Assembly (NCBI GenBank): GCA_051362555.1
Contig: CM120641.1
Span: 25,612,401-25,676,400 of the forward strand
DNA length: 64,000 bases
DNA from: Lingula anatina
Lineage: Eukaryota; Animalia; Brachiopoda
Direction of reading: 5' to 3'
In this document: positions 40,872-54,100 of the stretch, in pieces
Numbering within the stretch: the stretch's first letter is position 1
Layout: every line of letters starts with the position of its first letter
Position numbers and translations under genes: made by a program
The notes under the pieces: model-generated
What the model was told of the DNA's origin: nothing
The model's input: only the letters and a program-made list of their open reading frames with translations
The model's database searches: none

Positions 40872-43116
40872 TCACTGAAGGAAGAACTCTCAAAGATGAA
40901 ATGTGCAGTCCAGCTTTGAAGTTTAGGCTAGAACTGTGCTACCTCAGCAGGTTATGTGAAACGGTTCAGACCATATTGAGCTTGTCTTGACCATCTGTCA
41001 TTATATACTGAACCAAAATATAAATGCACGAACAAAAAAAAAAAAAAAAAGATGTAATTTTTTGTAATTATTTACAATGTATGACAAGTAATACAGTACA
41101 TATTCCTTCACAATGGAGCTTTAATTTATAGGTTTTACAATCGATTCCAAATCAATAATCCTAGAGCAATGGCATCAAGAGCACAGAAGGGTTCGATGGT
41201 CTGTGTTCACAGAAGTCTGTAAACAGTGTGTGTCCCCTAACTGGGTGGAAACACTCAAACTGGGCATATACTCACTGGGAGTGGCCAAATGAACCTGAAC
41301 CAGTTGACTGGAGCAAAACAAACCAATCAATACACAAGTAATACTGTAAATTTGAGCACATTTCATTTAAGTTAGTACTTTTTCACTCCATAGTTTGGGT
41401 TCATGTGTCAATATTTTGGTTCAGTTTAATTGAGCCTAAACATTTACTGTCTAGGTCTGGTTAGAAATCACTGACTCTGAGATAATGTAGCAATGAGTTG
41501 AGCTGTTACAGTACTAGTTGAACTGTAAATGTTTCCGGAGATGCTCCCTTCAATGATGCAGAATCATTGTGACTGCTGAAGGAATAGAAGAATCCACGCA
41601 CAGCACCTGGCATTGTGTTATAACCTGAGTGCAGTATGGATGAATACTTGGATGAATTTCAGGATACCAAACCAAATCTCTTTTAAGCTGTCCATATTTG
41701 CACATTTCCTGGTTTTGTTGGATTATGTTGGCATATTAATCATAGGGAATTGTGACATATGCTTCACTTTATTCTGAAAATATTCTTTAGTTTTCGCGAA
41801 AGATGCTGAACTCAAAACATGGATAATAAATAAATCTTTTATAATTGCATGTAAAGAATTTGTAACACGAAGACTTCCATGTTATTCTACATGCGTACTC
41901 CGATTTCAATGTTTTGGATTGTTTTATGAGAATGATTTTCTTGGATTGACCTGAATATTTTCAGTATAATCTTCACTCGTTTTAAACTGTTCTTGGGACA
42001 GGTTAAGCCATCAAATATACAAATTGAAAAAACAAACAGTATTTACTTTATAAGAATACACCTATACATGTATGAGCTTAACAGGTATTTTTCTTATTCA
42101 ACCTGAATTTGTCACCATAACATTCAAATCGGATGTTTTTCAATATTCTACAAATGGCTTTAAAAGCAATTTGAAGGCACCAGAGGACTGGAGTAATCAA
42201 ACATCAAAAATTGCTATTGATTATCTTGTACCCTGCTGTGCAATTTTCCATTACAGCTGTCAATTTTTTCAATCATTTACAAGGTGAATTGTGGGTATCA
42301 TATGTCCTCTTCAGCAGAGATATTGATTTCTGATTAAAAGCAGTGTTAACCGTTAATTAAGTATCAGTTTTTTAAACAAATCTGATGTATCAGGAAGTTA
42401 ATTGGAAGGTTAGGCTACAAAGTAGCTTCAAATATTGGTCTTACATTTTATAAGCCTGGTTGCATGCACAACAACAATAAAATATCTCATCCATCTTACA
42501 GTCTGTATCTAGGTAATTGATAACTTGATAATCATTGATATTACAAAGACCACGTTAGATTTTGACAAAAACAAATAACTAGTCTTAAACATATTTTCTG
42601 ATTAGGTTAACTAATGACCTATAAACCTCAGTGGTTAAACACTTCCCAGGATTCATTTCCCACTTTAAAATATCAGGTTCAAGTTTACACATCCTCAGTT
42701 GGTCTCAAAGTAAGCTTTATTGAATTCACCAAGAAAAATTGTTCATTGCAGCTCTCTGAACACTGGCAATAAGGACTAAATGACTTGACAAATTATTGGA
42801 AAGTGAGCCAAGCAGTGAGCACTTTTGCAGGGTTAATTTCAACCCAGCCCGGCTATTGAATCATTTAAGAACTTATTAAAGACTGAAGCTGTGTAAAGTC
42901 CTGGAAAAACATCAACTTGTAGGTGGAGTGGGGGTGGAGCGTACGAACTGCAAGGTGTTTGGTATAGAACAGACTTCCCTCTTGGCCAGAAAAGGTCAGA
43001 TCTGAATGAAAGTTCTTTGCCATTTCTCAAGTTGGGTTGACTAAAGGGTAAATGGGTCTACTTTCTCAGTAAAAAGCCCCCCCCCCCCCCTTTTGATATT
43101 GTACTTGCACATGTTG

Positions 43117-44783
43117 TTATTCAATGAGAAAATATCTCCGCAACCCAAGTTCACTTAAAACAGCATTTGTGTTATCGAACCATTTCTGCCTATATTTCTC
43201 CAAAACACTTTCTTTACTGAACACTCTACAGTTAAACTTGTATTTAGGACTGCATGTTCTGTAGTGGTACACCAGGGCCACAACTCCAGGAACCATGACA
43301 GATGTGAAACGTTCTTCATTTTGTTTACTAATGTGATGGATTCCCATCTCAAATATCCTCTCTGGTCTCACGATGCATTTGGTTCGCACACTGCTTACAT
43401 CTGCTGTTCTTTTTTCAGATGAAAGAAGAGGCTCTTTATTTTTTGGCACTTGCATGTAAGTCATTTTAATTTGGTAGCCGCAGTGTTTGCCATCGTCAAT
43501 TTTTGCCATTATTTCTTGCAAAGTTGACATGTTTTTCTGAACAGGTATGACAAACTCATCAATATCATGAAAGGAAAGATATTTTGTTCTGCCTATGTTT
43601 TTATAGAGACAGTCATGTAAAGATGCTACTTGTCCAAAGTACCACATACTTCTGCTCTTCAATGGAAAAAACCAGTAATGAAGTCTGGCAATCTTCTTCT
43701 TGCTGTAGTATTTAAGAACTCTTAAAGTCTCTGCTGAAATATTTTTTCCTTTTTCATCCATATCCTGACCCTCATAGATGTAAAAGTCAAATTTCTGAGC
43801 CCCAAGGATCAGGTTTAGTTCTATGAATTCCACCAGCCTTTCTGGTTTTACTGCACCAAAAAGAGGTGGGATACACAGGGTCATGTTGACAGAGGGGTTC
43901 AGATGGGGGACCAAGGGGATCACAGACAACTGCACACCCTCATCATCCTCTATATGGCTGGATCGCAAAACTGTTACATTCTCTGGATGTGAACTGACAT
44001 TACATGTCAATATGAACCCAGAAAACCTAGCATTATGATGTTCATTGAATTCATAGATAGCACCTTTTACAAGTTTAGGTTTGTCGTGAGGTTTTGAAAA
44101 CCTGCAGTACAAAGTGGGCGGTACACTTGGTGCAGCCCATTTTGCTTTCCTTGCATTTGGCCACATACCTAGTATGCGGACACAATGTTGGCTTTGTTTG
44201 CGAGGATCGAAAAAAGCAGAGTATAAATAAATGTCTCCAGATCCATTCAACTTGTAAAACTGCACATTCTCACTTGTCATATTGGCAAATTCATCTCTTG
44301 GCTTTTTGGGCGAATTGATTTTGGTATTCAGCTGTCTTCCAGGAGACAGTTTTTTGCCCAATGATTCTGCAATAAAAGGATTATCTCTACAAATGTTCTG
44401 ATTAAATTGTCAAATGAAGGATTTCATATGAGAATTTGACCATATCACTCCAAAGTTAAAAAGTTCAGTGCAAATTTGAAAAGGAGTACAACTAACCCAT
44501 TTTAATAATAATTAAAAACAAATGTCTTTACATCTACTAGATATCAACCTTCACACATCACTCTTAACACTGATTAAGTTATCCCATCATATCTCCTTCC
44601 TCTGCCCTTATTCGTATTATGGAAAAATTCATTACCTTTGAAACCAGCAGGTGAGTGCTGCAGTCCAGGAATAACCAGCAAAACAAGTGTGACATAAAAC
44701 CCAAGGAAACATATCATAATATTTCTAAACTGTGCAAACAAAGAAGCTTTTGCAAAAGAGCTTCTCTTTCGGTGAAGTTTCAT
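43117..44783 (-). CDS. Glycosyltransferase family 92 (DUF23; GALT-1-like beta-1,4-galactosyltransferase), type II membrane protein, about 465 aa
   Basis: Exon 44636-44783 (MKLHRKR...IMICFLGFYVTLVLLVIPGL, signal anchor; donor G|GTAATG) joins in phase 1 to exon 43117-44366. GT92 motifs LYSAFFDPR, CIPPLFG...LVEFIELNLILGA, YFGQVASLHDCLY, DxD in FHDIDEF, RTKCIVRPERIFEMGIHH, HYR. Confidence 0.88.
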
Positions 44784-46222
44784 CTTCCATTCTAACTTGT
44801 CACATTCAACAAACAAGTCTGGTAATTACTATTAGTAATCAATAGTTGAACTGCAGCAGGACAACATCTAAATGTTTTGCATGCAAACAGAATGATTGAT
44901 TACAAAAACTTGTACTGGAATTCTGAGTTTGGATTTGTATAAATACGTATATATTTCCATGACCATTTTTTGTCGTATGTCCAATGCTTTATCTTCCTAG
45001 CACCTATGCCTTATCAATAAGAGTCTGATCAATACAAAACACAACAACTCTGCTTTGATTTCTTAATCTTAATCAATTATGAATGCAAAGAAAAAATCAA
45101 TTGGACCACAAGAACAGCATCCGAACAATACACGGATTTGCACCATAATTAAATCCAATTAATACTCTTTTTGGATGGGGTCAGGAGAGAAGTGAATTCA
45201 CCCTTCCATTTTCTACTTATTTATGCTACCATAGACTAAAAGTGAACACATTTTAGGCTGTGCATCATTATTTCATAATAAAGTTAAATAAATATAAAAT
45301 AATATAATTTGTTTATTTGCAAAATAAAGTTATTCAAGGACTTGTACACAGCCTTTAAAAATACATTATGTAATAGAGGATAAAAGTTATTAAGGAAAAA
45401 AATGTCAAGCAATGACTCAACAGTTGAATCATCTCAGCAATCTTATTCCTTTTATCAAAAAAGCTGATTTCATGTCACAGTAAATTATACTTTGTGTTAT
45501 AAAGATTTAAAATGAATGTCATATACCAGAGCCTGAGCAGGGGGACGTTAGATGCTTCATTGATCATTTCTGTCTCGACTGTTTAATCACTTGTTGATAT
45601 TGATTTCTTCTAAATGATTTGTTCAATTATTTAACAAGTACTATGGCTTCCATCTGTCAAATGTCAATTCACAGCTAAATAACATAATGTTAAGTATTCA
45701 GATTGCGTATGGAAATCAGATAAGGTACTAAGTGGTATGTGCAAATTGATTTCAGTGACAAAAAACTGTCAAAATAATAAAATTATGCCTTTATTTTTAT
45801 CTTTCATCAGAGACATTTCAGTAAGTATAGATAAAACCAATATATAATTTTATTTAACAAAGTACATATGAAAATCACCCTTTTTGCACCACTTTAAATA
45901 AATATACTGCACCACACAATGTACAGTTGTTACTGTCAAAGAAATTGGCCAACTGGATGCAGTTTCTAGCATATCTGGACATAAAGGCCAACAGCAGATG
46001 GCCATTTTTTCTAAGATGTTTCTATGGGGTCACGTTCACAAAGCTATACCTAAATTTTAAAGTTTTCATGCCGTATATCTTGATATTTTGCAAACTGTCT
46101 GACCCATTTTTTCCATTCCAAGGTTGTGTTACTATGAGATGGGGATTTCCCTTATAACATGAAATGTGCTCAGAGACAAAAATAAAAATATTAAATTAAA
46201 AAATTAAAAAAAACTGCAACAC

Positions 46223-49200
46223 AGCAGACAGAGTAAGACTGAATGGCTTAACTGGAGCTGGCATCCTACCCTACAAACACAAAGAGGAAACACACAACAT
46301 TTAATTCAACTTCACAGATGCCAGTTTCCAGATGCTATTGGGGCTACAAGATTGCATACAGCTGAAATTGTTACAGCTGAGAAAGAGCATATATAGCATG
46401 AATACAACACTATACATGTTCTCAGAATGCGGGAAAAACAAATACTAGCTAATATTTAAAACACCATGTCAGACCAAGCAGCAATCTGCAAAGCCTTCAA
46501 TGAACTCCTTCAAAGGTACAGGCTTTCTATTCTGCCAGATGTATGCACTGACTGGGCCAGGTTGTCACAAGAAGAACAGGCTGAACATGGCAAAATCTAC
46601 AATTTTCTTCTGTGGCTTGCATCTCCTTGTTAATCCAGCAGAAACTACCACTAAATGAATTGTTACATTTAAACAGCAGAGTGATGTCAGTAGTCAGGGT
46701 GCTGCTGGAAGGCCAGACACCGCTTCTTTCACCAAAAGGGCTGAATCAGGAATAGTGAAGCTGGTTTGAACATCCTGCAAGGCCTTTGCAAGAGGCGCTG
46801 ATGAAAAGAATGGTTGCTGGAGGGACTTCAACACCCACATGATGGATACGTGCAACATTAAACCCAAGTTGGTTCCTTTAAGAGGAAATCGGTTTAAAGT
46901 GGTGTTTTTGGAAGCAGCACTTGTATTTCACTACTCTGAGAAGGCCAGAGACTTCTTGGAGCAGGTACATGGGGCACCCAAATTGCTGCTGAGAGCGTTG
47001 CTTGCAGACCTGATGACTCTACTTTACATAGCAGGAGCTAGAACCATGGGGTTCCTCTTGTGGAGGCTTATAGAGAGAAAAGGGCAAATCCTTGAAATAA
47101 GCAAAAATTACACCATCCTCAAGGACTTCTTCACCAAAATGGCATTAGATACATCGCCCATACTCAATGGAGAAAGCCCCTTCCCTCATGAAGTCAAGTC
47201 TCCTGATGTGGTGCTTACACATCTCTTAGAAGAAAGTGACAACAATCTAAGACAAAGCAGACAGAGTGAGACTGAATGGCTTAACTGGAGACGGCATCCT
47301 ACCCTACAAACACAAAGAGGAAACACACAACATTTAATTCAACTTCACAGATGCCAGTTTCCAGATGCTGTTGGGGCTACAAGATTGCATACAGCTGAGA
47401 AAGAGCATATATAGCATGAATACAACACTATACATGTTCTCAGAATGCGGGAAAAACAAATACTAGCTAATATTAAAAACACCATGTCAGACCAAGCAGC
47501 AATCTGCAAAGCCTTCAATGAACTCCTTCAAAGGTACAGGCTTTCCATTCTGCCAGATGTATGCACTGACTGGGCCAGGCTGTCACAAGAAGAACAGGCT
47601 GAACATGGCAAAATCTACAATTTCTTCTGTGGCTTGCATCTCCTTGTCAATCTAGCAGAAAGTACCACTAAATGAATTGTTACATTTAAACAGCAGAGTG
47701 ATGTCAGTAGTCAGGGTGCTGCTGGAAGGCCAGACACCCCTTCTTTCACCAAAAGGGCTGAATCTGGAATAGTGAGGCTGGTTAGTACTGCCAGCAAGGC
47801 CTTTGCAAGAGGCACTGACAAAAAGAATGGTTGCTGGAGGGACTTCAACATCCACATGTTGGACACATACAACATTACACCCAAGTTGGTTCCTTTCAGA
47901 GGCAATTGGTTCAATGTGGTGTTTTTGAATGCAGCATTTGTATTTCACTACTCTGAGAAGGTCAGAGACTTCTTGGAGCAGGTACATGGGACATCCAAAT
48001 TGCTGCTGAGAGCGTTGCTTGCAGACCCAATGACTCCACTTTACAAAGCAGGAGCTAGAGCCATTGGGCTCCTCCATAAATTAGTTGTATCTCACCTGTG
48101 GAGGCTTATATAGAGAAAAGGGCATATCCTTGAAATAAGCAAAAATTACACCCTCCTCAATGACTTCTTCACCAAAATGGCATTAGGTACATTGCCCATA
48201 CTCAATGGAGAAAGCCCCTTCCCTCATGAAGTCAAGTCTCCTGATGTGATGCTTACATATCTTTTAGAAGAAAGAGGAAACACACAACATTTAAGTCAAC
48301 TTCACAAATGCCAGTTTCCAGATGCTATTGGGGCTACAAGATTGTATACAGCTGAAATTGTTACAGATGAGAAAGAGCATATATAGCATGGATACAACAC
48401 TATACATGTTCTCAGAATGTGGGGAAAACAAATACTAGCTAATATTAAAAACACCATGTCAGACCAAGCAGCAATCTGCAAAGCCTTCAATGAACTCCTT
48501 CAAAGGTACAGGCTTTTCATTCTGCCAGATGTATGCACTGACTGGGCCAGGCTGTCACAAGAAGAACAGGCTGCACATGGCAAAATGTACAATTTCTTCT
48601 GTGGCTTGCATCTCCTTGTCAATCTAGCAGAAAGTACCAACAAATGAATTGTTACATTTGAACAGCAGAGTGATGTCAGTAGTCAGGGTGCTGCTGGAAG
48701 GCCAGACACTGCTTCTTTCACCAAAAGCACTGAATCTGGAATAGTGAGGCTGGTTAGTACTGCCAGCAAGGCCTTTGCAAGAGGCACTGACAAAAAGAAT
48801 GGTTGCTGGAGGGACTTCAACATCCACATGTTGGACACATACAACATTACACCCAAGTTGGTTCCTTTCAGAGGCAATTGGTTCAATGTGGTGTTTTTGA
48901 ATGCAGCATTTGTATTTCACTACTCTGAGAAGGTCAGAGACTTCTTGGAGCAGGTACATGGGGCACCCAAATTGCTGCTGAAGGCGTTGCTTGCAGACCT
49001 GATGACTCTACTTTACATAGCAGGAGCTAGAACCATGGGGTTCCTCTTGTGGAGGCTTATAGACAGAAAAGGGCAAATCCTTGAAATAAGCAAAAATTAC
49101 ACCATCCTCAAGGACTTCTTCACCAAAATGGCATTAGATACAACGCCCATACTCAATGGAGAAAGCCCCTTCCCTCATGAAGTCAAGTCTCCTGATGTGG

Positions 49201-49521
49201 TGCTTACACATCTCTTAGAAGAAAGTGACAACAACTAAGCATCAAACAAATTCTACAGTATGTAATGATGGCATGGGCCACCTACATAGCAAAGGCCATT
49301 TCAGACCATCTTTTTTGACCTCTGCGAAGCATCTGCAGAAGTCGAGGAAGAGACAGCATCTGCCTTAAATCATAACAAGTTCCCTGAGTGGGTGTTTGTC
49401 CTCCTAGATCATCTGGTGAAGGCAAGGCCCAATGCCTCAACCCTGACCAATGAGGCCTATATGATGTTTACATTAAACAAGACTGGAGAATGGTTAAAGG
49501 CAAAGACACCAGAGGGCCAGG
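46223..49521 (+). pseudogene. Three tandem ~1-kb copies of a degenerate DDE transposase fragment (CxxH-type, hAT-like; superfamily uncertain) plus its downstream part
   Basis: Units start at 46223, 47256 and about 48270. Motifs KNTMSDQAA, NFFCGLHLLVNLAE (CxxH), FRGN(R/W)FNVVF, HNKFPEWVF..LD..RPNAST. Stops and frameshifts are present. Confidence 0.85.
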
Positions 49522-50130
49522 ATCGTTATTGGTCAACTTTGAGAGTTTGTCAGTATCATCAGTTGTCAACGCCACCTTAAGGGAAATATGAGCTAGCAGC
49601 TTCAAGACAGCATTGGTGCCCCTCTCCACACAAGGAATGAGATAAACAACTTATTGTTTGGGCAAAATGGACTAGCATCTGCAGACAATGAAGTCATATT
49701 TGATCTCCGCCATGAATTTGTGCTAGAACATATCCAGAGAACAGTACCCACATTTGAAATATATTACTCTCAGAGGATCTATCCACTTCTAAAGCAAAAC
49801 CTCCAAACTGTTATGAAATGCCCAGAAGTCAACTCAGGGTGGACTAATAATAATGCAGAATCAATTAACCAAATTATGAAAATGAAGGCAGAGTGGAAAC
49901 TTCAAGATATTCCTATGGTCATCTGCTCACTCCACCAGCTGGTCCAAGGGCAATACGTGGATGTAGAAAGGGCATTTTTGGTCGAGGACAATTCAAACTG
50001 GATGCCAAATTTTCTAAGTATGCAGTGGACCAGACAGTGTGGAACTCAAAGACATCTGAACAGAAACAAAGACACATGATGAGATTTTTGAAAGCACCAA
50101 AACTGTCGATCAAAATGCCCAAACCGTAAA
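49522..50130 (+). pseudogene. MULE/Mutator-like transposase fragment
   Basis: CQRHLKGN*...LFGQNGLASAD...WTNNNAESINQIMK; CxxH plus TNNxxES around the catalytic E; frameshifted. Confidence 0.7.
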
Positions 50131-50139
50131 TGGAAACCT

Positions 50140-50581
50140 ATCATGAACTTTTCTGAGAATTTCCAGATCTTGTGAAAACTACTGGTACCCTACCGGGAGA
50201 GTATAGTATTTGTATTGACGAGTCTGTACCACCAGTTGTACACCCCGCATGCAAACTTCCTGCCACAGTCAAGCCCAAGGCAATAGCTAAATTACGTGAG
50301 ATGGAGGAAAACTGCTATATCACCAAAGTCAAAGAACCCATTGATTGGGTTAGCTCGATGATCATGTTGATACGCAATGATAAGATTCGCATTTGCATTG
50401 ACCCAAAAGACCTAAACATGGTGATCAAGCGCGAACACCACCCTATGAAAACCATAGAGGAAGTGGCCCTTGGTATCCCAAACGAGAAAGTGTTTTCATT
50501 TGGATGCGAAATTGGGATTTCTACAGATAAAGCCCGACAAGCGGTCCTCGTACTTGACAACATTCAATACACCCAGTATCG
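50140..50581 (+). pseudogene. Ty3/Gypsy reverse transcriptase fragment
   Basis: GTLPGEYSI..PVVHP..KVKEPIDWVSSM..KIRICIDPKDLNMVIKREHHPMKTIEE, frameshift into LDAKLGFLQI..SSYLTTFNTP. Confidence 0.88.
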
Positions 50582-50582
50582 T

Positions 50583-50898
50583 AGAAGTTAAGGAAGAGAC
50601 AGCATCTGCCTTAAAACATAACAAGCTCCCTGAGTGGGTGTTTGTCCTCCTAGATCACCTGGTGAAGGCAAGGCCCAATGCCTCAACCCTGACCAATGAG
50701 GCCCATATGATGTTTACATTAAACAAGACTGGAGAATGGTTAAAGGCAAAGACACCAGAGGACCAGGGTCATATTCTAGAGAAGGCAAGATGTGAGTGTC
50801 CTGTAACAAAAGTTAAATTTTGGGAGAGGTTGGTGGAAATTGAGAGAGAGAATAGTGCCAAACTGAAATCCAAGCAAGAAGCCATGGAAAGGAAGTGA
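50583..50898 (+). pseudogene. Second copy of the DDE transposase C-terminal fragment
   Basis: 50583-50767 repeats 49337-49521 (EETASALKHNKLPEWVFVLLDHLVKARPNAST...), then continues to a stop at 50898. Confidence 0.85.
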
Positions 50899-51053
50899 CC
50901 CATGTTGCAGTGGATCTGATCCCCAAATCAACTGTGATATATATTGGAAAACCTATAGGCGTTTGAACTTTTCCAGTACCACATACAGCAAAGATGGAGA
51001 GACCAGTAGGCTAAGTATCTTACCAGCAGATATTTTAAATATTCTACTGGAAG

Positions 51054-51350
51054 TTGACCAAGTTGTCTGAGGTAACGAAGTTTTCTTACTTGAAATCTCT
51101 CTTGGTTGGAGAGGCTGCAGGTGTTATTAAAGGGTTGTCGCTGACTAGCAAAAAGTATAGAGAGGCGTGTCAGTTGCTAGGAGTGAGGTTTGGTCGTAGG
51201 GAACTCATTATTTTCAGTCACATTCAATCCCTAATGACCCTTGAGGGTCAATGTAGAAATAGTTTATCAAAATTACACAGTCTGTTAGATCAGGTACATG
51301 TTCATGTGCGCAGTTTGAGTTCATTAGGTATTGAAGGCAATAGATTTAGA
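51054..51350 (+). pseudogene. BEL/Pao gag fragment (DUF1759-like)
   Basis: LSEVTKFSYLKSLLVGEAAGVIKGLSLTSKKYREACQLLGVRFG. Confidence 0.85.
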
Positions 51351-51634
51351 ACTGCAAAGTTCGCATTACACTGGGCTTACAAAGACGAAGCCATGCCATT
51401 GGACAGATTTTTTTGATTGACGCTTTGATTGACGAACAGAGGTCATGTAAAAAGCTGCTTGCCAACCGAACGCATCAAGATATCTGCCGTATTGTTTTCT
51501 TCAGAATCGTCATTTATAAATGAAGAAGGGGAGTTGAGTAACAGTTCAGGGGAAGAGGATTTTGCCAATCCAGACACAATTGACTCTGAACTGCAAAATA
51601 CTGAGGTATGTGTGTAGTGGGCATGTCAGTGTGG

Positions 51635-52242
51635 GGTTTCCGGTTGTTCAGTAAAGATGGCTTACAGTAGAACACGTGTCTGTGTCATTCTATTTCATTC
51701 TGCAGAAATACTTGACCATTAATCTTGGTCAGTACTGTACATGGTGTCAGAAGTGAAAATGCCCAAGTTCAGTCCACCAGAGCAATTTAACTTCTCATCG
51801 CCAAGTGATAGGCCGGAAGGGAAGCAAAGATCTTCGCAGTATCGACTAGCCACAAAGCTAAACGGTGAAGATCACGAGGTGCAAATTAGTGCATTGATAT
51901 ACTCAATGGGCAAAGAGGCTGAGCACATCTACAGTTCGTTTAATTTACCATGTGAGGGCTCGGGAAACGATGCAGATGGTGACAAGGAAAAAACACACAT
52001 TACGTATGAACAGGTAATGGAATGTTTCGATAATCACTTCATCCCAAAAACTAACGTGGTGCATGAGAGAGCTAAATTTCATCACCATACCCAAGGCAAA
52101 CATGAAGGGTTTGAACAGTATTTAAGATCCTTGTACGAAATTGCAGAACTTTGTAACTTTAAGGACAGAGAGGAGCATCTTAGAGATCAAACTGTGTTTG
52201 GAATTAAAGACAGGAGACTTAGTGAAAAACTACAGCTTTTAC
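51635..52242 (+). pseudogene. Gypsy LTR 3' end, primer-binding site and gag fragment
   Basis: LTR-like end ...TGTACA (51736-51741) abuts PBS TGGTGTCAGAAGTG (51742-51755, tRNA-Leu type); gag MPKFSPPEQFNFS..QISALIYSMGKEAE..FDNHFIPKTNVVHERAKF..LRDQTVFGIKD. Confidence 0.85.
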
Positions 52243-52400
52243 CAGGGCACCGTATCTCGAAAGCTTCCCTTATGGCGAGCTTGCACAAGCATGGCGAGCG
52301 TGCGCTATCCCATATCTTGAAAGCTTCACAAATCGCGGCCGTGCGCTAATGGCGAAATCACCATTACTTTCGAGGCTATTATTTGCGGCGATACAAACTA
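52243..52400. mobile_element. Possible Harbinger-like terminal fragment
   Basis: Abrupt switch to GC-rich CAGGGCACCGTATCTCGAAAGC with internal repeats (GAAAGCTTC, ATGGCGAGC). No partner TIR seen. Confidence 0.35.
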
Positions 52401-52779
52401 GTGGCAAAGGCCTCTGCATATGCATAATTCATCATTTTAATGTGTCTTTCATGTAATTAAACATGGCCACAAGTATGGGTTGCTAGTCATAATAGCATAT
52501 AACAAAAGCTATAACAAATACATGGAAACTTATAATAGATTAAATCACTCGGTACCCCTGATAGAAAAACTTGCGGTACACATTCACGTGAAGTATTTGA
52601 TACATCATTTTATATTTTCTGATGAATATAATTAATCTGTGTTGTCTGTTGATAATAATCATAAATTTTAAAAGTGTCATTTTCTACACAAAATGAAAAA
52701 GCAGAAACAAAGCATTCGGTCGCACCGACAAATTATGAAGCATAAGTATGTATTATGTGTTTATTTATGTGCTCCCCTA

Positions 52780-53740
52780 TTCATGCCATCCACCTACGTC
52801 TTCATTTATAAATGCTTTTCGGAGATTTGCAGCAAGGAGATCACTTCCTATGAAAATGATTAGTGAAAACACAACAACCTATCATTGGCTGCCAATGAAA
52901 TCACTAAACTTTTCAAAATGAAGATGTACATCATTATTTGAGTCAAAACAGAGTTAAGTGGGAATTCACTCCTAAAAGAGCACCTTGGTTTGGTGGCTTT
53001 TGGGAAAGATTGATTGGTCTGGCAAAGAACGTAATGAAAAAGACATTAGGAGGAGCTGAATCACGTTAGACAAATTTCCAGCAATAACATTGGATATAGA
53101 AGCAGCATTAAATGACTATCCCATTACATACGTCAATGATGACGAACCTTTAACTCCATCAATGCTTTTAAATGAATGTCAAATCAAAACACTACCTTAC
53201 CCACTGACTGATGAGGATGAAAAGTTGGATCCAACGTATACACAATATAGCAAAATCACTAAAGAACACTTAACAAAAAGATAGAAACACGTAAATGAGG
53301 TTAATGTACAGTTCATATAGAGATAGACCTCTGAATATCTCACTGTACTGAGAGAAAGAGAGAACATGAATGGAGCTAGTCAAAACTCTACTTAAGTTGG
53401 AGGCATATAGTACTGATTCATGAAGATATAAAACCTAGTCTTTTGTAGAATTTAGGACTTGTTACACATCTAAGCTATGGCAACGATGGAATAGTGCTAT
53501 CAGTAATATTGAAAACAAAGTATGGCACAACAAATTGCCCTATCAGGAAACTTTATCCTCCTGAAATTTCTGTTACGGAATTCTGAAACTGTCCCCGACC
53601 TAAGAGAGGTAACCTTAGCCAAAGAAAATGCTGGTAAAAACATTAACATTCCAACCTGTAACACAAGACATGGGACCCAGGAAGCAAGGAAAACATCACT
53701 AGATGAGCTCAAGAACTTATATGAAAATGAACTAAGATAA
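52780..53740 (+). pseudogene. BEL/Pao integrase and C-terminal fragment
   Basis: FINAFRRFAARRSLPMKMISEN...VKWEFTPKRAPWFGGFWERLIGLAK...IEAALNDYPITYV..EPLTPSMLL; several stops and frameshifts. Confidence 0.88.
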
Positions 53741-53814
53741 CTTGTATATGGAACTATATACTAGACTGCTTAAGGTGGGGCTGTACCCAAATAGGCTTAT
53801 AACGCGCTGTCAAT

Positions 53815-54100
53815 ATGGGTAAAAGAAAGAGAAAAGTAAACACTTAATTTTCACAAGAACATAAGAGATTTTTAAGTGCAAGTCAAAAAGGTGGATGGGA
53901 AAGGCCAAAGAATGCAGAGGACAAGAAGGAATTACTACTGAGAGGTGTAAGTGCTAGAAAACTGAAAGAAGCAGACATCGTGTATGAGAGAGACGAAGAA
54001 GTTGTCACACCCGAGCCGGAAGGATACCATATTTGGCACTGCAGCCAGTTGCAACAAAGTGTCAGTTTGTGCCATTCATGCAGAGAAGTTAGTCTTAGAT
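53815..54100 (+). pseudogene. Possible N-terminal fragment of another DNA transposase (Mutator-like zinc-finger region)
   Basis: Basic start MGKRKRK, acidic linker, then EGYHIWHCSQLQQSVSLCHSC (GYxI...CxxC). Weak family signal. Confidence 0.35.

Noticed and set aside
43117-44366. Horizontal transfer or retrocopy origin of GT92 because of its long exon
   Set aside because: It has a spliced signal-anchor exon and host-like composition, and long catalytic exons are common in animal glycosyltransferases.
50470-50898. Novel RT-transposase fusion protein (142-aa ORF)
   Set aside because: Chance in-frame junction of two decayed fragments with a non-ATG start; no intact catalytic domain.
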